Source: Hyaloraphidium curvatum SAG 235-1
Lineage: Eukaryota > Fungi > Monoblepharomycota
Direction of reading: 5' to 3'
Assembly: GCA_025558095.1 (NCBI GenBank)
Contig: JAIVFI010000003.1
Span: 62,001 to 126,000, forward strand
DNA: 64,000 nucleotides
A program made the position numbers and the translations under genes. The notes beneath the pieces are model-generated. The model was not told where the DNA came from, did not search any database, and saw only the letters and a program-made list of their open reading frames with translations. Shown one piece after another: positions 25,440-36,969 of the stretch. The number at the start of each line of letters is the position of its first letter. The stretch's first letter is position 1.

Positions 25440-26219
25440 TCACGAAACGAACCTCCAGCATATTGGGAACTCTGCGTCTTCCCACCAGTTTGGCCTGTCT
25501 TTCCCGGCGTATCGCCCGAACGCCGCCACGCTCCCCGGGGTCAGGTCCAGCCCGCCCCAGGGGCACCCGACGCAGCGGTCGACCACCGTGAACCTCCTCG
25601 CGATCCCCCTCTCCACATCCAGCACGTCCACCTGCATCCGGTTCGTGCACATCTCGGCGCGGTATTGCGGCGCGTTCATGGCGACGCCTAGCACTGCGTC
25701 GTTGATCCGGTTCCCGCACGAGCCCATGCCGGACCAGCCGTGGTTCTGCGAGGGGTCCTCGGTGTTGTACCACGATGCACGGCCGCAGAAGGAGAAGGTT
25801 TGGTTGGGGTTGGCGGTCGGGACCGGGGGGGCTGTCGTCGCTGGGGGCCGCGAGGTCGTCGGGGGCGGCGGCGGCCGAGTCGTCGTCTCGACCGGGCGGA
25901 CCGTCGTCGGCACCGGCTGCATCGAAGTAGTTTGGGGAGGAGGGAAAAACATGGTCCTCCGCACCGACGGCCTCGGTCTGGGTGCTCGCGTCGGCCGCGG
26001 CCGCGGGCTGCGGGTGGTGAGAGCACGCGCCCGCGGCGGCGCTTCGTCCGCGACCGCATTGCCGGCCAGTTCCGCCACGACGGGCCCGACTTCGAGCCGC
26101 TCGCCCTGCAGGCCCGAGTGGTGCCCGCTGCTCGGGTGGCCCGGTGCCGCCTGCGCCGATGCGCGCGGAATTGCGGCCGCGGCCATGCAGAGGAGCGCGA
26201 GCGACAGGGCGCAGAGCAT
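25440..26219 (-). CDS. Secreted RlpA-like DPBB (expansin/loosenin-like) protein
   Basis: Signal peptide MLCALSLALLCMAAAA, Pro/Thr linker, GRASWY..GSCG..VAMN..C..VVDRCVGCPWGGLDLT. Confidence 0.88.
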   Translation of the reverse strand: MLCALSLALLCMAAAAIPRASAQAAPGHPSSGHHSGLQGERLEVGPVVAELAGNAVADEAPPRARALTTRSPRPRPTRAPRPRPSVRRTMFFPPPQTTSMQPVPTTVRPVETTTRPPPPPTTSRPPATTAPPVPTANPNQTFSFCGRASWYNTEDPSQNHGWSGMGSCGNRINDAVLGVAMNAPQYRAEMCTNRMQVDVLDVERGIARRFTVVDRCVGCPWGGLDLTPGSVAAFGRYAGKDRPNWWEDAEFPICWRFVS

Positions 26220-26455
26220 CGCTGCACTCCGGGTCTGCCGGCGTGAAAAGACGCCCGCCACGTGCATGGTGTTTTTCATGTGCGGTTGCGGCCGCTGCGG
26301 ACGTCTACGGTGGCGGCATTGCGGGGGGACGTTTCGGGAGCGCCGCAGCAAATTTGCCGGACGGACGGAGACCTCGTGCAGGGCATCGCATCGAGCAGGG
26401 CATGCTCCATAGTCAACTGCGATGCCAAATTCATTAAGACGGCTGCTAAGGAGAG

Positions 26456-27666
26456 CTAGACAGAGCCGTCTGCCAGCTTTTGTAGCGCATCGAATCCCAC
26501 GATGCGCGTGCGATCCAGTGCTCCGATCTCCCGAAAGAAGCAGACGATCTCGAGGGCGGTGCGCGCATCGTCCGCCGTCCAGTCCGCCTCCGGGCTGCAT
26601 TCGAGCATCCCGATGCCAATCTCCCGCGGTGAGTTCAGTGCCCAGCTGCTCCGCGCCCGGCCCAGATCCCAATCAGCGAGGTCCTGGCCGACGATCTCCA
26701 TCTTCTCGACCCGCAGCGCCCGGACCTGCGGGGGAAGCTCCATACCCAAGCAGAAGCGCGGTGCGACGTCGGAGAAGACGAGCTCCGCCAACCGGCGGAT
26801 CCGGGGCAGAATGCGCCACAGAAAGGAAGATTCGGCCTGGGCGCAGAGTTCGCCCCCGTGCTGAAGCGTCTTGGGGTTGAAGTCGGCAACGTGGGCGAGC
26901 ACATCCAGCTCGATGGTGTCGTGAACTGTGAAGACCTCTGCAAACCCGAGCAACCAAGGCGGAAAGTAGCTTATACCGGTAAGTTCCGGAAAATGGACGT
27001 CGAGCTCCGCCCTTTCAAGAGCGGGGAAGCACGTCTGGGCCTCGAACAAGCGCTTGTGCTGGGGTTGGAACGAATCAATCGTCAGATCCAGCTCGCGAAG
27101 CCGAAGCGGATATCGGCCGTCGGATCGAGCTTGTCCGACATCGTGAGCTTCAGCACTTCCAGCATATCCAGTTTGGCCCTTGCGAATGCCGCCGCCAGTT
27201 CCCAGTTCCTCAATGTTAGCGAAAGTCGCGCCAACCGCGCGCCGGGGCCGGCACATCCCTCGAGCAGCGCGAGATCCGCGCGTGTCCGGACGAAGCGCGG
27301 GTCCACGAAGCGTCCGTCGTCCAGATCCAGGTCGGAAACCAGGCGGAGCGCCCCACGCTTTGCCAACGGTTCGACGGTCTCCGCAGTGCGTTGCCGGCTG
27401 CGCGGCTGGAGCCATTCCAGGCGGAACCGCGACATGAGGTGCGGCAGGAGCAGCTCGTAAAGACCCCGGCAAGATAACATCCATTCCAAAAGGCTCCGTG
27501 ATCCCGGCGTGAAAAAGGACGCGACGTGGAGCACCAGCTCCACCGGCAGGATGGGTCCAAGCTCAGCTGGCGTCGCGTCCGACGAGATTGCGACGCCGGC
27601 GCCCGTTGGCGCGCCATTCTCTGCCTCCAGGAGACGCGTCCACGCCCCGGTTTGCTGGCGCAGCAT
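26456..27666 (-). pseudogene. F-box/LRR-like family member A, frameshifted near 27105
   Basis: LPVELVLHVASFFTPGSRSLLEWMLSCRGLYELLLPHLMSRF in one frame; C-terminal half (..CFFREIGAL..IVG) in another. Confidence 0.8.
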
Positions 27667-27829
27667 GGTGGGATGCAGCATGTTCAAGGGGCAGAAGGCC
27701 CGATCGCGCTCCGATCATCGCAAATTCGCGGCCCCGCGTCGGCCCGAAAACTCGACTTCCTGCCGCAATCCCCGGGCTCTGGGGCCATTTAGACACGTCA
27801 CAGACGCGCATCGCACCCTTTGAAACGCG

Positions 27830-28759
27830 ATGCCCCGGCCTCCGAGCTACCTCGACTCCCACCTCCCCCTCGAACCCGTCTCCCCCGGCCGCTTCTCCCT
27901 CGTCCCCTCGCCCGAGTTCCTCAACGCCAACGGGGTCGCCCACGGCGGCTACATCCTTGCTGCTGCGCTGTCGGCCGCGATGGCGCACGCGGGGGAGAAG
28001 GCGCACCCGCTGACGGCCCACTGTTCCTATTTTTCGGCCGTGGTCGTCGACACTTCGCGGCCGTGGGACGTTTCGGTGCGGGAAGTGAGGAAGGGGCGTC
28101 GATTCACCTCGCTGGAGGTCGACATTTCCGCCGGCGGCAAGCTTGGCACCCGCACCGCCGTGCTGCTCTCCGCGGACCCCGCGGGCGCTCAGGGCGGCGG
28201 CCGCCCCTTGGCCTCCCTTTCTCCTTCCCTCCCCCCGCCGTCGGCATGCATCCCTGCCCGCCCGCACTTTGCCAAATCCGGCATCCCCATCCTCGAGCCC
28301 CGCGAGCTGGTCGAGCTGGTCGCGGCGGACCAGCGCAGCGACGTGCAGAGCTACTGGTGCTACATCGGCTGGCCGGGGACGCCGTTCGGGGGCGCCCGCG
28401 CAGCGGGGTACTTTGTCGACGCGCTGGTTTCCTTGGGGGTGCGCGCGGCGCTGGCGCCGCTGTTCGGCGGCAGGAAGGGGCGCCACTCGTGGTCGACGCT
28501 CACAATGACGGTGGACTTCCCGGGGCCGTTCCCTGAGACGGCGCCGCCGGGGTCGTCGCCCTACGATCTGGTGGACGGGACGGAGATCTTTGCCGCGCGG
28601 CAGTCGCTGTCGTGGATCGCGGGCGGGCCGCCCGACGGGGTGCGTGTGCAGGAAGAGGTAGAGATATGGGATCCGCGGACGGGGAGGGTGCTCGCGCGGT
28701 CCAAGCAGCAGGGTCTAATGGAGTGGGTGGATGAAGACGCCGGCAGGGCGAAGATGTAG
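27830..28759 (+). CDS. Double hotdog-fold acyl-CoA thioesterase-like protein, possible PTS1 (-AKM)
   Basis: NANGVAHGGYI..HPLTAHCSYF..VRKGRRFT; STLTMTVDF..EVEIWD..GRVLARSKQ. Confidence 0.85.
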   Translation: MPRPPSYLDSHLPLEPVSPGRFSLVPSPEFLNANGVAHGGYILAAALSAAMAHAGEKAHPLTAHCSYFSAVVVDTSRPWDVSVREVRKGRRFTSLEVDISAGGKLGTRTAVLLSADPAGAQGGGRPLASLSPSLPPPSACIPARPHFAKSGIPILEPRELVELVAADQRSDVQSYWCYIGWPGTPFGGARAAGYFVDALVSLGVRAALAPLFGGRKGRHSWSTLTMTVDFPGPFPETAPPGSSPYDLVDGTEIFAARQSLSWIAGGPPDGVRVQEEVEIWDPRTGRVLARSKQQGLMEWVDEDAGRAKM

Positions 28760-29039
28760 GCGTTCCTTGACTGCCGCCAGCGGGATCGAGGGCGACTGGT
28801 CGCCATGAACCATACCTCCACATCAATCTACGCGCCTGCGCACGCCGTGTCGAGTATTCGAGCGCCAGCGTTTCTCTGGGGACCCCCGCAACGCCCCAGC
28901 CCCAGCATGATGTCACTCTATGAGAATAGCGGGCTTCGAGATTCGGGATGTGGTTGGGGCCGATGTGCAACTGCAAACGGCGGACAAGCGTTGCACAGTC
29001 GCTGTGACAGAAGCGCCCGTCGGCGATCTACAGGGTCCC

Positions 29040-29584
29040 ACAACGTGATCCCTCAATCTGACTACTGGCTGATGGAGGTCGCAGACGCCTGGACCGCGAG
29101 CTCGACCGCGGAGATCGAGTCCCTCGCCCACGTCGGCGGTTTCCGCGCGAAAACGCCGCGCTACGGCTTCATTTACCACGATGGTGAAGTAGCGGCCTTG
29201 CGCGAGGTACTGCCCCGGATCCAAGGGGTGGAAGAGCCCGTGCTCGCGCACTGGGCGGTCCGCTTGGCGCCGAACCTGGTGCCTCCGGCATCGAGGCTCG
29301 AGAAACTGCGCATAGATCGGATGCAGATCTCCGGAAAGGACATCGAGGACTGGGACACGGAACGCGCGCGGGAGAGGATGGCGAGGGAGCCCGCTCTGGA
29401 GGTGTCCGTAGGAAGTTTGAACTGCGACCCCGCGTTTCCATGGACCCCGGCCTATGCGAGCACAGCTCTCGCAATTGTGTGCTTCTGGAGCAAGATTGGA
29501 GCGCTGGAAGGGGCGGAGATCGTGGGCATGGAGGACCTCGAAGGCTTCATGGAAAGCGCCGACCGAGGGGTCCTTGATAGTTGA
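29040..29584 (+). pseudogene. F-box/LRR-like family member B, C-terminal half only
   Basis: WLMEVADAWTA..LEKLRIDRMQISGKDIEDWDTERAR..WTPAYASTALAIVCFWSKIGALEGAEIVG aligns with member A; no F-box upstream. Confidence 0.75.
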
Positions 29585-29677
29585 CATGTCTGCTTGTTTC
29601 GAACGCACTGGAAATGATGGGCCGTGGAACACTATGGAGACCACTGTAGTCGAAAACCGGCACCTCCATCTCGCCCC

Positions 29678-31351
29678 TCAAGGCCCGGCCAGCCCGACCG
29701 CGGCCAGCACCAGCTCCTTCAGCGCCACCATCCGCCTCCTCCTCCTCTCCTCCCACACCTTGGGCTCCCTCGGCGGCAGATCCCCCTCCGCCTCGCACGG
29801 CACGATCCACGACGCGCACACGGCGACCGTGCCCATCTTCCCCTCGGGCGACACCACCGCGTGCAGGAGCGAGTCCACGACGGAGACGGCCACCGCCCCG
29901 GCGTCGTAGTCGTACGCGTCCGCGGCGGCGGCGACGGCGTTGCCGTAGGCCTCGATGCGGGCCTCCACCGCGCGCACGCGTGCTAGGAGCGCGACCTCGG
30001 CGTCCCCGCCTGCGCCACGATCCATCGCGTCCGCAAGTTCCACCGCCAGCTGCAAGCCCTCCTCCACACAGCCGACGTCCGCATCTGTCCACTCGGCCTC
30101 GTCGGCGTCGGTGGCGAAGTGGTTAGGCCGGGGAGGTTGCAGGCCGAGGGCCTTGCGGGCGACCGCGAGGGCGGCGCGGATGCCCAGCGCGCGGTCGGCG
30201 GCGAAGAGGGCGTCGAGCGCCGCGGGGCCGTCGGGAGCTTTGACCACGGGGTCCAAGAGGGCGTTCCGGGCCTCCTCCGGCGCCCGGGAACGGAACCGGT
30301 CCAGGCCGAACGGCGCCAGGAGCTGGTCGCGGCGGCCCGAGGTGATCTCCTCGGCCACAAACAGCCCGATTGCCGGAGCAAGGGTGATCCCCGAATGGGT
30401 GACCGCGACGTGGAGCCCCGGCGCGGCCGGGCCGACGATCGGCAGCCCGTCCTTGGGCATCGGCCTGCGTCCCACGGTCCACCCCCCGAGCCGCAGCCTC
30501 TCGCCGCCGTTGAAGGCGGCCCGGAAATTGGCCACCGCGGCCTCCGCGACGCCAGCGGGGTCCGACCCGGGGTCGCTCCCGGCGTAGTGGCCCGCGCCGA
30601 CGAGGCGGCCGTCCGGAAGCTGCCGCAGCATCATGCCCGGGCCGACGACGAGGCCGTTCAGGAGGCGGAGGGAGGGGTCGGTGGTGGCAAGAAGGCCGGG
30701 AACCTCGTGAATGGGGATGTCGGCGCCCGCTTGGGCGGCGAGGAGGGGGGTGGCGGCACCGGCGGCGAGCACTACGTGGTCGGCCTTAAGGGTGGTTCCG
30801 TCCGCGAGCGCGACGCCGGCGACCCGTTCCCCATCGAGCAGGAGGCGCTCCACGGGCTGTCCGATCACGAGATTGGCGCCCAGCTTTTCTGCGTCGGCGA
30901 GGAGCGCGAGGGCGGCTGCCTTGGGATCGACCGCTCCCTCCGCGGGGGAGTGGGCGGCCAGGGGGGGCGGTTCCAGCAGATTCGGCTCGATCTTCGTAAC
31001 CTCGTCGCGATCCACGAGCCGGATATCGTAGCCCTGCGCCTGCCGCTCCTCCACGAACTTCCGCAGGTCGTCCTCCGTCATTTCCGCCCAGACGAGGGAG
31101 CCGCACCATTCCACCCCCAAATCTGGCACCTCCCCCGCGAGCCGCCGCCACTCCTGCATCGCCCGCATTCGTAGCCGCGCGTACGGCTCGGCGTTGCCCC
31201 AGCTGGCGTTGATCCACGCCCACGACGCCGGCGTGGCGAGCCCGCCAGGGGCGGTGTCCACGACGGCGGGGGCGCGCCCGGCCCGCGCGAGGTGCCACGC
31301 GATCGACGCGCCTAGGATCCCGGCGCCCACAACGACGACTTCTTGGGGCAT
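29678..31351 (-). CDS. FAD-dependent oxidoreductase (DAO/DadA family) with a ~200-aa C-terminal extension
   Basis: VVVVGAGILGASIAWHLA Rossmann motif; ATPASWAWIN; VGRRPMPKDGLPIVG; VTHSGITLAP. Intronless. Confidence 0.9.
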   Translation of the reverse strand: MPQEVVVVGAGILGASIAWHLARAGRAPAVVDTAPGGLATPASWAWINASWGNAEPYARLRMRAMQEWRRLAGEVPDLGVEWCGSLVWAEMTEDDLRKFVEERQAQGYDIRLVDRDEVTKIEPNLLEPPPLAAHSPAEGAVDPKAAALALLADAEKLGANLVIGQPVERLLLDGERVAGVALADGTTLKADHVVLAAGAATPLLAAQAGADIPIHEVPGLLATTDPSLRLLNGLVVGPGMMLRQLPDGRLVGAGHYAGSDPGSDPAGVAEAAVANFRAAFNGGERLRLGGWTVGRRPMPKDGLPIVGPAAPGLHVAVTHSGITLAPAIGLFVAEEITSGRRDQLLAPFGLDRFRSRAPEEARNALLDPVVKAPDGPAALDALFAADRALGIRAALAVARKALGLQPPRPNHFATDADEAEWTDADVGCVEEGLQLAVELADAMDRGAGGDAEVALLARVRAVEARIEAYGNAVAAAADAYDYDAGAVAVSVVDSLLHAVVSPEGKMGTVAVCASWIVPCEAEGDLPPREPKVWEERRRRRMVALKELVLAAVGLAGP

Positions 31352-31873
31352 TGCGTCTAAAATGGGGAGCTCGAGTTATGTTCCCGACCGCGGCGCGCGT
31401 GGCGAAGCAGCAACAACGCCCCGCACCCATCAAACGTAAAGTAGGGTTGCTCGAAAGGCGAAGGAAGACAGGGTGCGTACGTCAAAGAGAATCATCGTGT
31501 CCAATGTTTCAGGGGAGTCGATCGGCTATCCTCCTCCTGCGCGAGAGACCAGCCAACCTGGCAACGATGAATCCTGAGGTGTACAGCTCAGCAAAGGCGG
31601 TAGACATCGAGACGCGATCGATCGATCGTTGCGGCATCCTCGCGGACGCAAGATGTTCACGATGCAATGACTACAGGGGGCCTTCTATATTGGCGCGAAG
31701 TCCGCTCGAACTCGAAGCCCTCTGGGGCATCCGTTCCGTCCTGGACATCCCCGGTAGGTCATGTTCACCGTTGACCGCGAGCGATAGAGAAATCCCGCAA
31801 CTTCAATTCACTAAGTTACACGTTAATCGCAACTTCAAGATGTCTATTCACTAAGCTACACGTTGGCTGCCGG

Positions 31874-31985
31874 TCACAGGTCTTCGAGTCCAACCATATC
31901 CGTTCCGGCTAGAACCCCGAGTTCCTCCCAGACATTGAAGACCCGAAGCCAAGCACGCGCATCCTCAGACGGCCACGGAGTGTCG
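31874..31985 (-). pseudogene. F-box/LRR-like family C-terminal remnant C1
   Basis: PWPSEDARAWLRVFNVWEELGVLAGTDMVGLEDL* matches the family terminus. Confidence 0.7.
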
Positions 31986-31987
31986 CG

Positions 31988-32297
31988 GACGGCTTCCCCC
32001 CGAACCTGAGGACGCTGGATTTGCAGCACCTGGACCTCTCTGCGCCTCCCCCGGCGGAGCTGGACCGCCTTGCACGCGACTTGGAGTCGAAACCGCCTGT
32101 CGCAATCTCCATCCCACAAGGCCCGGTGCATGCCTGGGCCGGACTGGGCTCAGAACGAGGCCCGGGCATGTTCGTGCGAGATCGAGTTGTGGACCAAGCT
32201 TGGGGCGCTTAAGGGCGCCGAGCTTGCGGACATGGGGCGGATCCTTGAGATGGCCGGCCCGGATCTGGATTTCGAGGTGCAGGCAGCAAGCGATTGA
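31988..32297 (+). pseudogene. F-box/LRR-like family C-terminal remnant C2, frameshifted
   Basis: FPPNLRTLDLQHLDL..KPPVAISI, then in another frame ELWTKLGALKGAEL. Confidence 0.65.
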
Positions 32298-32481
32298 GCT
32301 CCCGGGGCCGACGATGCACTTTTGGAGCGGCAGCGAGGAATCGGAGTTTGGCCCGCCCAGGGTCTCGACGAGTCGGCCGCCCCTTTCCAGGGTCCGTCCG
32401 ACTTCCGACCGATCCCCGAATCTGCACCCCGAACACCGTTCTCTACTTCCGGACGCACGTTCCCTCCGCCGAATCGCAAGC

Positions 32482-33616
32482 ATGGCCGCCCAGCAGCCCG
32501 CCCCCACCGCCTCGTTCGCTCCCCCGGCCTATGCCCCCGAGGCTGCCCCCGCGCCCGCCGCCGCCCCCGTCGGCGCCGCGCCCCCCGCCGGAGCCGCGCC
32601 CGTTGGCGCTCCGGCTGCTGCTCCCCCGCCCTTCCGCACCGAGCCCCCTCCGCCCACTGATTTGAGCAAGGAGGCGCAGGAAACGCTTTCGCATATGAAT
32701 CCACTCCCCGAGGACATGGACAAGGAGTGCGAGAAGGCGGTAGGTTGCTGATTCCGGGCCATGCGGGGGTGGAGCTTATGTGTTTGCCCTCCGGCAGGCC
32801 GAGACGATCGACAACTGTAGGGATCCACGCCCCCAGCGTCTTTTGCGCAGGCAAACTGACCCTTTCGTTATAGTGATCAACCCCGAGAAGTCGCAGCTCG
32901 CCATTCCCAAGTCGATCCTCGACAAGGCAAAGGGCCTCGTGGTCATGCACATTGTAAAAGCCGCCGTCGGCTTCTCGGGCCGTGCGGGCACCGGGATCGC
33001 GGTCGCCAAGACCGCCGACGGCTCGTGGTCGGCGCCTCTGGCCGTGGCCATCACCGGCGCCGGGTGGGGCGCGCAGGTCGGTCTTGCGTCATTCGGGACG
33101 CGCCACGGGTTTGCTGAACCCCCGTTTGCCAGATGGGCGTCCTCATCTCTGACCTCGTCTTCGTGATCACCAACGAGGACGGCATCCGGGCCTTCTCCAA
33201 GGGCTGGAACTGCACCTTCGGCGTCAACGTCGCCGTTGCCCTCGGCCCCATCGGCCGCGAGGGCGAGATCGACCTCGTCCTGAGCGACCTGGCCCCCGTG
33301 TACACCTACAGCAAGAGCAAGGGCGTGTTCGCCGGCATCTCGCTCGAAGGCTCGGTGCTGCTGCAGCGGACGTCGTGCAACGAGGCCAAGTACGGCGCGG
33401 GGGTGACTGGGGAGGCGATCCTGTTCGGGCAGGTGCCGCGGCCGGCTGGATCCGAGGTGCGTGGCACGGGGAGGCAGGTGATTGTTTGGGCACCTCTGAT
33501 CGATGGTCCTCCAGGTTCTGTACCAGAAGCTCGCGGACCTGGATGCCAAGGCGGCCAAGAACGCAGCCGCGGCAGCCGCGAAACTGGCGCCGACCTCGGC
33601 GGCCCCGGATTTCTAG
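32482..33616 (+). CDS. Ysc84/SYLF (YAB) domain protein without SH3
   Basis: IPKSILDKAKGL..GFSGRAGTGIAVA..DGSWSAP..GWGAQ..YTYSKSKGVFAGISLEGSVL. Four introns, including a 19-nt microexon at 32798-32816. Confidence 0.9.
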
Positions 33617-34445
33617 TTGATGACGCCAGATGTGAATGTGGCAATTATAGGACGACAATGATTTCTGATCACGGAGCGATCTTGTTGGACCACAGAGGGA
33701 AGGGTAGTTTCGGCTGGCAGGGGCTACTCTGCCTGTACCGAGATCTCGGGGCTTTCTGATCACGGTCAAGCTGCGGTTCGCCGGCCCCGAATAGCCAGAC
33801 GGACCTGTCCGCGCCATGTAGCGCGAGCGGGAGCGAAAGGCCGAGCGGGAAGGCGGAAAGGCGGAAGCGGCGGGCGGTAGCGGCCCGCTGCCGAGGCCAG
33901 ACCGTCGTCAGCGAGCGATATTCCCTCTGAGGGCCAGGTGGGACGCGGCCGATCGTCAGCGTCACCGGCCGCAGCACCTTGGCGATCCATTGCAATAACC
34001 GATGTGTGCCACCAATGGGCGATCGGAAAACAAACGTAACTCAATGGAGCCAACGTTCCGGGGATCGAAAGTCGCCTGCTGCGTCCGATGGGCGCTGCGA
34101 TGCCCAGGGACCGATGGGGCATCGGGTTGCTGCTGGTCATCGGGCCAATCGACAGCGTGCTGGGGGCACGGTGAGCAAAGAAAATAGCTCGGAGTATTTC
34201 GGCCGCTCCGGGCCGAGCTGGATCGATGCCGTCTGCGCGGTCGGGCAGGTCGAGCACGGAAACCAGTCCGGATGACTCGCATCTGGACATCACCAAATTC
34301 AAAATGAATGCAGTGTAGCGACCGCAACAAAAAGTGTCCCGATCGGAAAGCGGTTTGGTGGTTGGCGCGGCGGCGGCCGGCGGGAAGGCGGGGACGACGC
34401 ATAAAGTGCCCGGCTCGCAACCGCGTCCCGCCACTCCCTCCCGCG

Positions 34446-36675
34446 ATGTCGTCGCCCGAGCCGCCGGACGACGACGCGGCGGACGGCACCCACGCGGCCC
34501 CGCGGCGCACGAAGCCGGCGTGCGCTAGGTGCCAGGTAGGCCGCCCGAGTCCCCGCGGCTCCGTCGCTGACTCTCCAAACCCGCGACCATTTCCGGCCCG
34601 CGACGCCTCCGAAACCCATTTTGCCCGGATATCCTAACCTGTTTCGTCACGGTGGCGGCCTTTTTATATAGGGTCACAAGAAATCCTGCGTGTGGACCGA
34701 CGGGCACGCCGTCTGCGGACGATGCTCGCGCCTGAACGTCTCCTGCGAGCCGGCCGACACGTCGATGTCGCGGCGCGCGCGGGAGCGACTCAAGAAGGCC
34801 GAGAAGGCGCGGCAGCGGCGCGCCCGGCCCGCCCGCCCGCCGCCGCCGCCCGGGCTGCGCGAGCTCGCCGTCTCGCACCAACCGGCGCTGCCGCCCCTCG
34901 TGCCGCCCCATTTATCTCAATTTCTCCCCTCCCCGATCGGTGCCGCCGGTTTCGGTTCCCCGGCCGCCGCGGTGCCGATCCCCGCCGCTCCGCCGGACCG
35001 CCCGAAATCTACCTCCCCCAAACCAGTGTCGCCCGGCTCGCTCATGCGGCTCAGCCCGACGCCGCACCCGGGTACCGCGCCACCCAACGCCGACGTCGCC
35101 ATGCTCGAGGGCGTGGCAGCTTTCTGGGCCTACTTCCACGCGACGACGCCCGTGGTTCACCGCCCCTCGTTCGAGGCCGCTTTCGACCCCGCCAACGCCG
35201 GCCGCGGATCGCCCGTGTACGGAATCCACCCCCCTTTGCCGCTGCTCTACGCCGTGGCTGCCAACGGGATCCGCTTCGCCGCGCTGCCCGGCTGGAGCCA
35301 CGCCGAGCGGGCCGCCATGTCGCGTTTCTTTTGCGCGCGCGCCCGGGACACCTTTCTGGCCGCCTACGTCGGCGTGGGGATGCCGGATCTCGAGGCCCTG
35401 CAGGTGCTCTACCTGGTCTACAACTTCATCATCTGCGAGCAGACCGCTCCGGCCTCCTTCGTGCTGCAGGAGCGCTGCGTCGAGGTGTTGCGCCGGCTGT
35501 GCGACGCGCTGTCGGGAAACCCGCGCCCCGGCGAGCCGGACACCTCGCCGCTTGGATTGCGCCCCCCGGTGGACGCGCACGAGTGGCTGCACACCGACAC
35601 GGTGCTGCGGCTGCAGACCGCCATCGCGCTTTGGGACGTTGCGTTTGCTTACCTCCACGATCGCCCGCTGCTGCACCCGTACTTCAACCGGCGCACGGGG
35701 CTGCCACATCACGACGGGCTGTTCCAGCTGCCGGCCGAGGAGGCCTTTGCGCTGCTGCTGTCGCGCCCCGAGGGCACGATGCGGGCCAGCGTGGACTTTT
35801 CCCCCCTCGTCGGCCCGGGTCCGCCGGACCCAGAGGCCGCTGCCCGGGCAGCCGGCGACGCCATCCGCCCCGTCTTCACCTTCGAGGCCTCGCACCTGGC
35901 CGCGTCCTACCTCCTCTGCTTCCTCCGCTTCCAGCGGCACCGCATGCGCCGCCTCGCGTCGGACCGCGGCATCGACGTCTCGGCCCTGGCCTCGCGCGAC
36001 CCAGCCCTCGCCGACCCCGGCGAACGCGCGTATCTCGCCCACGCCCGCGCGCTCACCCGTGCCGTGGCCTCGGTCCCCGGACACATCCCCGCCCCCGTCG
36101 GCCCCGCCTTGGCGCTCGCCGACCCCCGCCCCTTGTTCCTCACCGCCGCCTCGCACTTCCCCTCCGAGGCCCACGCCCATGCCTTCTGCGGCACCTTTGC
36201 CTACCTCCGCACCCTCCCCGCGGAAAGCTGGCTCTCCTCCGCGCACCCCTCCGCGGATCCGGCCTTCCTCGCCTCCCCGGGCTTCCTCGAGGTGCTCGAA
36301 TCCGCCATCGCATTCGCATCCCTCGCGCGCAGGCAGCTCGCCCGCGACCCGAGGGTGGGGTGGTGTTCCCCCTGGGGCTTCGCCCCCGCGCTCAGGTGCG
36401 GGGGGGTGCACATCGCCGCCGCGGGCCTTTCCCCCGGCACCGAGGCCGGCTGGGCGGCGGGCGAGGATGCGAGGGCGGTGATGGGGTGGTTGGCAGCGAT
36501 GGGGGAGATTCACAGGCCATGGGGGTACAACCTCGCGCGCAGGTTCGAGGATATGATGGAGGCGGCGGGGTTGGTTGGCGGGGGCGAGAGGCCGCCGGCG
36601 GGGGATGGCGCGCTCACGTCGTTTTCGGGAGCGGCGCTGGCGACCGAGACGTGGATGAAGCCCTACGTGCGGTGA
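34446..36675 (+). CDS. Zn2Cys6 transcription factor with fungal-specific TF domain (paralog 1)
   Basis: Intron 34536-34671 splices ACARCQ/GHKKSCVW..CGRCSRLNVSC; YFHATTPVVHRPSF. Confidence 0.9.
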
Positions 36676-36969
36676 TCGGGTGGGGTTTTTGCGCTTGTAC
36701 GTGGATGGACGTCGAGGAATATGATCTGGTTCATGAGACGCAAGGGCGGCCGCTCGCATCGATCTCTTTCCCAACCACTACGGTGCGTCGCAACTAGCTA
36801 TATCGAAACCTGTCGAGGACTGAAGGGTTCCGTTCCTGGAGTGGTCAGTGACAGCCTCAGCCAGCCACACTTGTCGTGGGGGCAGCAGCGTCTGTCGAAG
36901 TTCCGAAGCTTCGTGCCCCCCCAAACACGGAACACGTCTGTTCCGCACTCTAGTTCGCGCTCCGAAGCA

